Part shown: piece after piece, positions 52,448 through 64,000 of the stretch
Layout: each line of letters opens with the position of its first letter
How positions within the stretch are numbered: position 1 is the stretch's first letter
Assembly (NCBI RefSeq): GCF_003918875.1
Contig: NW_025765753.1
Coordinates: 1-64,000, forward strand
From: Haliotis rubra
Lineage: Eukaryota
Direction: 5' to 3'
DNA: 64,000 bases
Notes under the pieces: model-generated
The model's database searches: none
What the model was told of the DNA's origin: nothing
What the model saw: only the letters and a program-made list of their open reading frames with translations
Made by a program: the position numbers and the translations under genes

Positions 52448-52686
52448 GACCCGTGAAGATCCGGATTAGAATTGATCTTCAGTAACCCATGCTTGTAAGA
52501 GGCGACTAACGGAATCGGGTGGTCAGCCTCGCTGACATGGTTGACACATGTCATCGTATCCCAGTTGTGTATATCGATGCTCCTGTTGTTGATCACTGGA
52601 TTGTCTGGTCCAGACTCGATTATTTACAGACCGCCGCCATATAGCGGGACTATTGCTGAGTGCGGCGTAAAACTAAACACACTCAC
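52448..52686 (+). mobile_element. SINE family B (no tRNA head), full length
   Basis: Starts GACCCGTGAAGATCC; body cactggattgtctggtccagactcgattatttacagaccgccgccatatagc; tail shared with family A; 15-bp TSD TCAAGGTAGCCTATC. Confidence 0.9.
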
Positions 52687-52799
52687 TCAAGGTAGCCTAT
52701 CACTGGACATAGGATACTGAGAGGTTGTTCTGTTTATCGATCAACCTTGCCGTTAAATGTCACATATGTTATGTGAAACAAGCCCCTCCGACAATGTTA

Positions 52800-52925
52800 T
52801 AGTCTGTCATACAGAAGCTGTAACGAATATATCCAAGGAAGCCCTTGCGAGTCTAGAATATGTGGCAAGTCTAGATTACCAAAGTTCTGAAAATGAAGAA
52901 AGTCTCTAGGCTCCTTTTCATTACA
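52800..52925 (-). mobile_element. Partial inverted copy of the TAG-ended element
   Basis: tagtctgtcatacaga...gtggcaagtctagatt...aaaatgaagaaagtctctaggctccttttca. Confidence 0.7.
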
Positions 52926-53230
52926 TTTTATGATTATTATTCAGGAACCGTTTTTTCTGTATACTGTACCAGGTTCATTTCGGAGACAAGATGTTATTCT
53001 AATAATGTCCCTGCATACCACGGCATGGAGCATCTCACAGATAACATCCTTGCCTTTTCAGCATGGAATAACCTATGTGAGCATTGAGTCAAGGCCTTTC
53101 GCCCTACAATATGAAAGCACGTGGTTCAAATCCCGTCTCGGGACTCACAAATGTTATAGCTCCTACAAAACCACGAAGAAATAACTCGTGAGATCGAAAA
53201 ATTTGCACACTCACGCACAGGCGCACCCAG

Positions 53231-53232
<2 letters not shown>

Positions 53233-53312
<80 letters not shown>
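53233..53312 (+). repeat. (GT)40 microsatellite
   Basis: Perfect dinucleotide run. Confidence 0.98.
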
Positions 53313-53313
<1 letters not shown>

Positions 53314-54569
53314 GGAAAATGGAAGTGTCCCACCCCACCCCTTTGTCCTGGTAGTTTATTAAATCACCCATGAAAAACGGGTGAAAATGAAGTGTGCACC
53401 CACCCTTTCTCAAAAAAGCTGTATCCACCCTTGTCACTCCCCTCCCTTCATCCTCAAACACGCACAGGCGCACGGACTCACACACGCACGCCTTTTTCTT
53501 GCTTATCGGCGCAGACACAGATTATTGAAAAACCGATACAACGTGACAACGTGACTCTTCTCTTGTTTATGAAAGATACAATCCTTCCCATCCTCTCATC
53601 AAATTTGTATGTTTGAGAGAACAATTAAAAGTCGTGGTTGGTGGACAAAGGGAGATAACCCGTGAAGACTCATGGATTTGCTACCTGGTCCGAGCCAAGC
53701 CTTATCTTTCAACAAAAGATATACATACCAACATGGACAATTATGAGTAGTTCATATATATATATCAGGGAGTTGATCAAAATGTCAAAGCTTACCTGCT
53801 ATTTTGTTTTGCAAGGTTATGATTTAATTATACATATGAGCTCCCTGAAGAAACGAAACGTAGAACAAATGTGTCCAGTGATTATTTTGAGAACTTTTTA
53901 GTATATTTGCCACTGTACACACGTGAATTTCGCTTTTCATATATATTGATATGTTGCATGCGCATTTATGAAAATTTATTCGGTGGTAGTCTATATATGT
54001 AATCTTTCCGACTCTTTGATTCTTCTTTGGGTGACCATCCCCTAATGCGTGCCTTTTAAATCTTGGCCCTTCCTGTAATTGTCTTTCCTTTTCCAATATC
54101 ACATGGTATTTAAATACATGCGTTCAAATTCCATCTCCCATCCCGAACATTTTAGGCCGATATAAATTGATAATCCTCCTTTCTCTCAGTTTGCAATATG
54201 GAATCACATGTCATTGATGTCAGAGCTATATGATAATATCATGCCATGAATGTTGATAATAATTATTTAAATCAAACCTGAAAGTGGTGAATTATTAAGA
54301 TTTAACATCAGGGTGATTTTACGTGCGTTTTAAGTAACTCATCCTTCGCATTACATTATGGCTAAGTGTTTTCTTTCTGTCAAATATACGCCATTGCCAT
54401 TAGCCTTGTTTTATTAAGAAGAATATTATCGTGCATAAGAAGAATATATTGATACAAACAGGTTTCAGACTAAAACAATATATTTGAAGCTATGATTCAG
54501 TTGAGAAGACTGGGTTACTACCCACAACACCATTCTACCAGTTTGTGGAAAATGAGAGTTACTCCCCTT

Positions 54570-54710
54570 TGATATTTTGAAAATATGACCAATCACAGTT
54601 AAGCTTTCACAGGCATTTTGGTTATGGTTGACTCATCTGATTGGCTGCTTCGAAATAGTCACAAAATTCGAACAAGGCGATAGCTCCAAAGAAAACAAAC
54701 CACTGGCAAA
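54570..54710 (+). promoter_or_regulatory. Putative KIF11 proximal promoter with two CCAAT boxes, CHR-like hexamers and a MYB-type site
   Basis: CCAAT 54589-54593; ATTGG 54640-54644; TTTGAA 54576-54581; TTCGAA 54649-54654 and 54667-54672; CAGTTA (=TAACTG) 54596-54601. All lie within 140 bp of the ATG; no obvious TATA box. Confidence 0.6.
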
Positions 54711-61904
<7,194 letters not shown>

Positions 61905-62347
61905 GTAAGCCTGTCACTCAGCTTGCTGTCGGGGGGGGGACTGGTGACGGGGTAGGGATCACATTGGAAAATCTTTAGAGGGATAGAGGTTGAAATTATT
62001 GTCAAATTTGGGGAAAAGTTGACACTATTTGAAACAAACTGGTATGATGTATGCATTTTGCACTTAAAATGTATTTTGCTGGATTCATTGTTATTATCGA
62101 TGTGCATACTTAGTTGAAGGCTTCAATAGCAGATCTGTTTAGTTCTGTGCTTTTAGTATAGTTCCTACAATTGTAGAAGGTGACTTAGTGAAAGATATAT
62201 GGATTTTGAGAATAAATAAATTTCTTTAGTGACAAAGTTTCATTATTTTCATGAAATACAGCAGAAACCTGTACTCAAATGCATACATTTATTGAAATGT
62301 TTTTAAATTTAATGTCATAAATATTTCTGCATTAGTTTACATATATT

Positions 62348-64000
62348 TTTCCTTATCCTGACTCATGCTTAATTGCTTGTCTCCTTCTTGCGAAAGGTAG
62401 TGGAACACTTGAATCCCCTTTTGAAGCTCCCTTCAAAAAAACGGATGTAAAATCACTCACCCAGTGTTATCTCCCTTTAGCTGTTTTGGCGGGAAACTCC
62501 GTCACATGACCCCACATGTTTTCACTCTCTCCTTCTTCGCCCTAGAGGACGTTTATGAGAGCGCCTGGGTCCCCTATATGGCGTTATATCCTTTTATATT
62601 TAGGCCTTTACTACTAAATTAGCTTTATACGGCATTTACGATTGATATACCAGCAATATGGTTTGAAATTTTTGTCTAAATTATCTGTTTATTCACGTTG
62701 TTGACAGTTTTTTTTATCTTGTTTACAACTGATGAAAACTTGCATTCGTTGCAGATACCGTTTGTCGGTTGCTGATTCGCATTTATTATGTCCTAATTGT
62801 ACTTCAATTGTTCTTCCAGGTTTCGCTGTTAACTTTGTCAGCATTTATCTGAATTTGAATTTAATAATAATTTGTATTCCATTCTTAGACATGCCAAGGA
62901 CAGGTCTAGACGACTTTTACAAGTCATGTCTAAACCGAGTGATTGCGCTGATAACTGTTTATTGCTGTCTGCTGACATTCACTATTCCAGTGTTTTACCG
63001 GTTGCTTCTACGGAGCATGTCGCTGTGACTGATTGCAGCTCAGCATGGACAACGATGAATCTGCAATAGATGTTCCAGAGGAGCCTTTGGGCAGGAGCAG
63101 AACCAGACGTTCACTGGAGCATAGCAGATCCTCCTCCTCAGATACGGACAGCCATCAGGAGCCTGCGCGCAGGCACCCTACATACTGTAGAAGAGAATCT
63201 ACACCTTCACGAAGGCACAGAGACACGTCTCAAGGCTCCAGGGAAGATCCTTATCTGAATCAGTCGCCTGCATGCAGGTCTCCGTGCAGGTCTCCACGAA
63301 GACCTCCACGCAAGTCTCCATGCAGGAAGGAGACACAATGGCAACCATCTCCAGAACAAGAAGCCTCTAAATCTGAAGATGATGGTGGAATCATATTTTC
63401 CGATACTGAGATCAAATCTTGGATGGCAAATGGATTAGAACTTGCATCACCTTCTGAAGAGGATAATGAAGCATTCACGTATATGATGTCTAACGAGGAC
63501 TTTGATACACTTACCCTTCCACCCATCGATCCTGTCTTGGATGTATCGGAGAACCTCAGCACAGCCTTCTGGAAGGCAACGAAGTTCCAGAGTCAAAGTG
63601 TCCCACCATTCAACGCCAAGAAGTTCTCTCTTCACCGCATGGAACCCTTCATGAAGGCCCCATAGATAGATGAGAACTACAAGATCATCAACGACTCCTG
63701 ATCTAGGACTTATAAAATGGAGGATAAAAAGTTGGTACAAATAGACACAACTACCAAACGTACCTTCTTTGGTCTAGCCAGGTCAAGAGCCATCAATGAA
63801 ACCCTCATCGTGAAGTTTAGAAACTTGACCTCTGAAGAAGATAGAATGATCTACTCGTCATTGCCGACAAGGATTGCTGTCTTCCTGTAGTTGGAGTGAG
63901 CGCTTCACCAAGTCAATATACAGAGCTCCGTGGTCAGCATCATCTATCTTCGCAGGGGAAATTGAGGACGTGGCCAAGGAAGTAACGAAAGAGTCAAGGG
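62348..64000 (+). mobile_element. DIRS-like tyrosine-recombinase retrotransposon, 5' part, in KIF11 intron 12 (left boundary approximate)
   Basis: ORF1 begins with a C-x2-C-x7-D-x-H-x2-C-x2-C motif (62732 MKTCIRCRYRLSVADSHLLCPNC) followed by an S/R/P-rich gag-like region (63033-63665). The fold-back mirror of the downstream sequence shows DIRS-type RT, RNase H and recombinase motifs. Confidence 0.72.
62732..64000 (+). pseudogene. DIRS gag-like ORF1, interrupted by frameshifts/stops
   Basis: Cys/His motif in the 62732 frame; frame changes to the 62872 and 63033 ORFs (RSPCRSPRRPPRKSPCR); another frameshift near 63660. Confidence 0.55.

Noticed and set aside
53126-53518. HT-repeat and CV-repeat proteins
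   Set aside because: Translations of the (GT)40 microsatellite.

Overview
Eukaryotic (invertebrate, probably molluscan) genomic DNA with two very different halves. Positions ~28817-64000 are ordinary genomic sequence. They contain the first 12 coding exons of a kinesin-5 gene (KIF11/Eg5, + strand, 54711-61904, continuing past the window) with a CCAAT/CHR/MYB-type G2/M promoter, a near-intact Tc1 DD34E transposon (44968-46492), the 5' part of a DIRS-type retrotransposon in KIF11 intron 12, a 3.6-kb 32-bp minisatellite, two SINE families sharing a 3' tail, and several MITE families (hAT-like with 8- or 5-bp TSDs, TAG-ended with 9-bp TSDs). Positions 1-~28816 are not independent sequence: they are a heavily garbled, ~26%-shortened reverse complement of the right half, folding back with almost no spacer at ~28816. 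The error pattern points to a long-read fold-back (template+complement) artefact rather than biology, and none of the left-half ORFs are credible genes. Its first ~2.7 kb mirrors sequence beyond the window end and shows DIRS RT, RNase H and tyrosine-recombinase motifs. I found no well-supported new biological system. The best biological leads are a pseudoknotted, tRNA-less SINE head (candidate self-processing RNA), a triplicated SINE target site, and a hairpin-ended MITE family with 9-bp TSDs.
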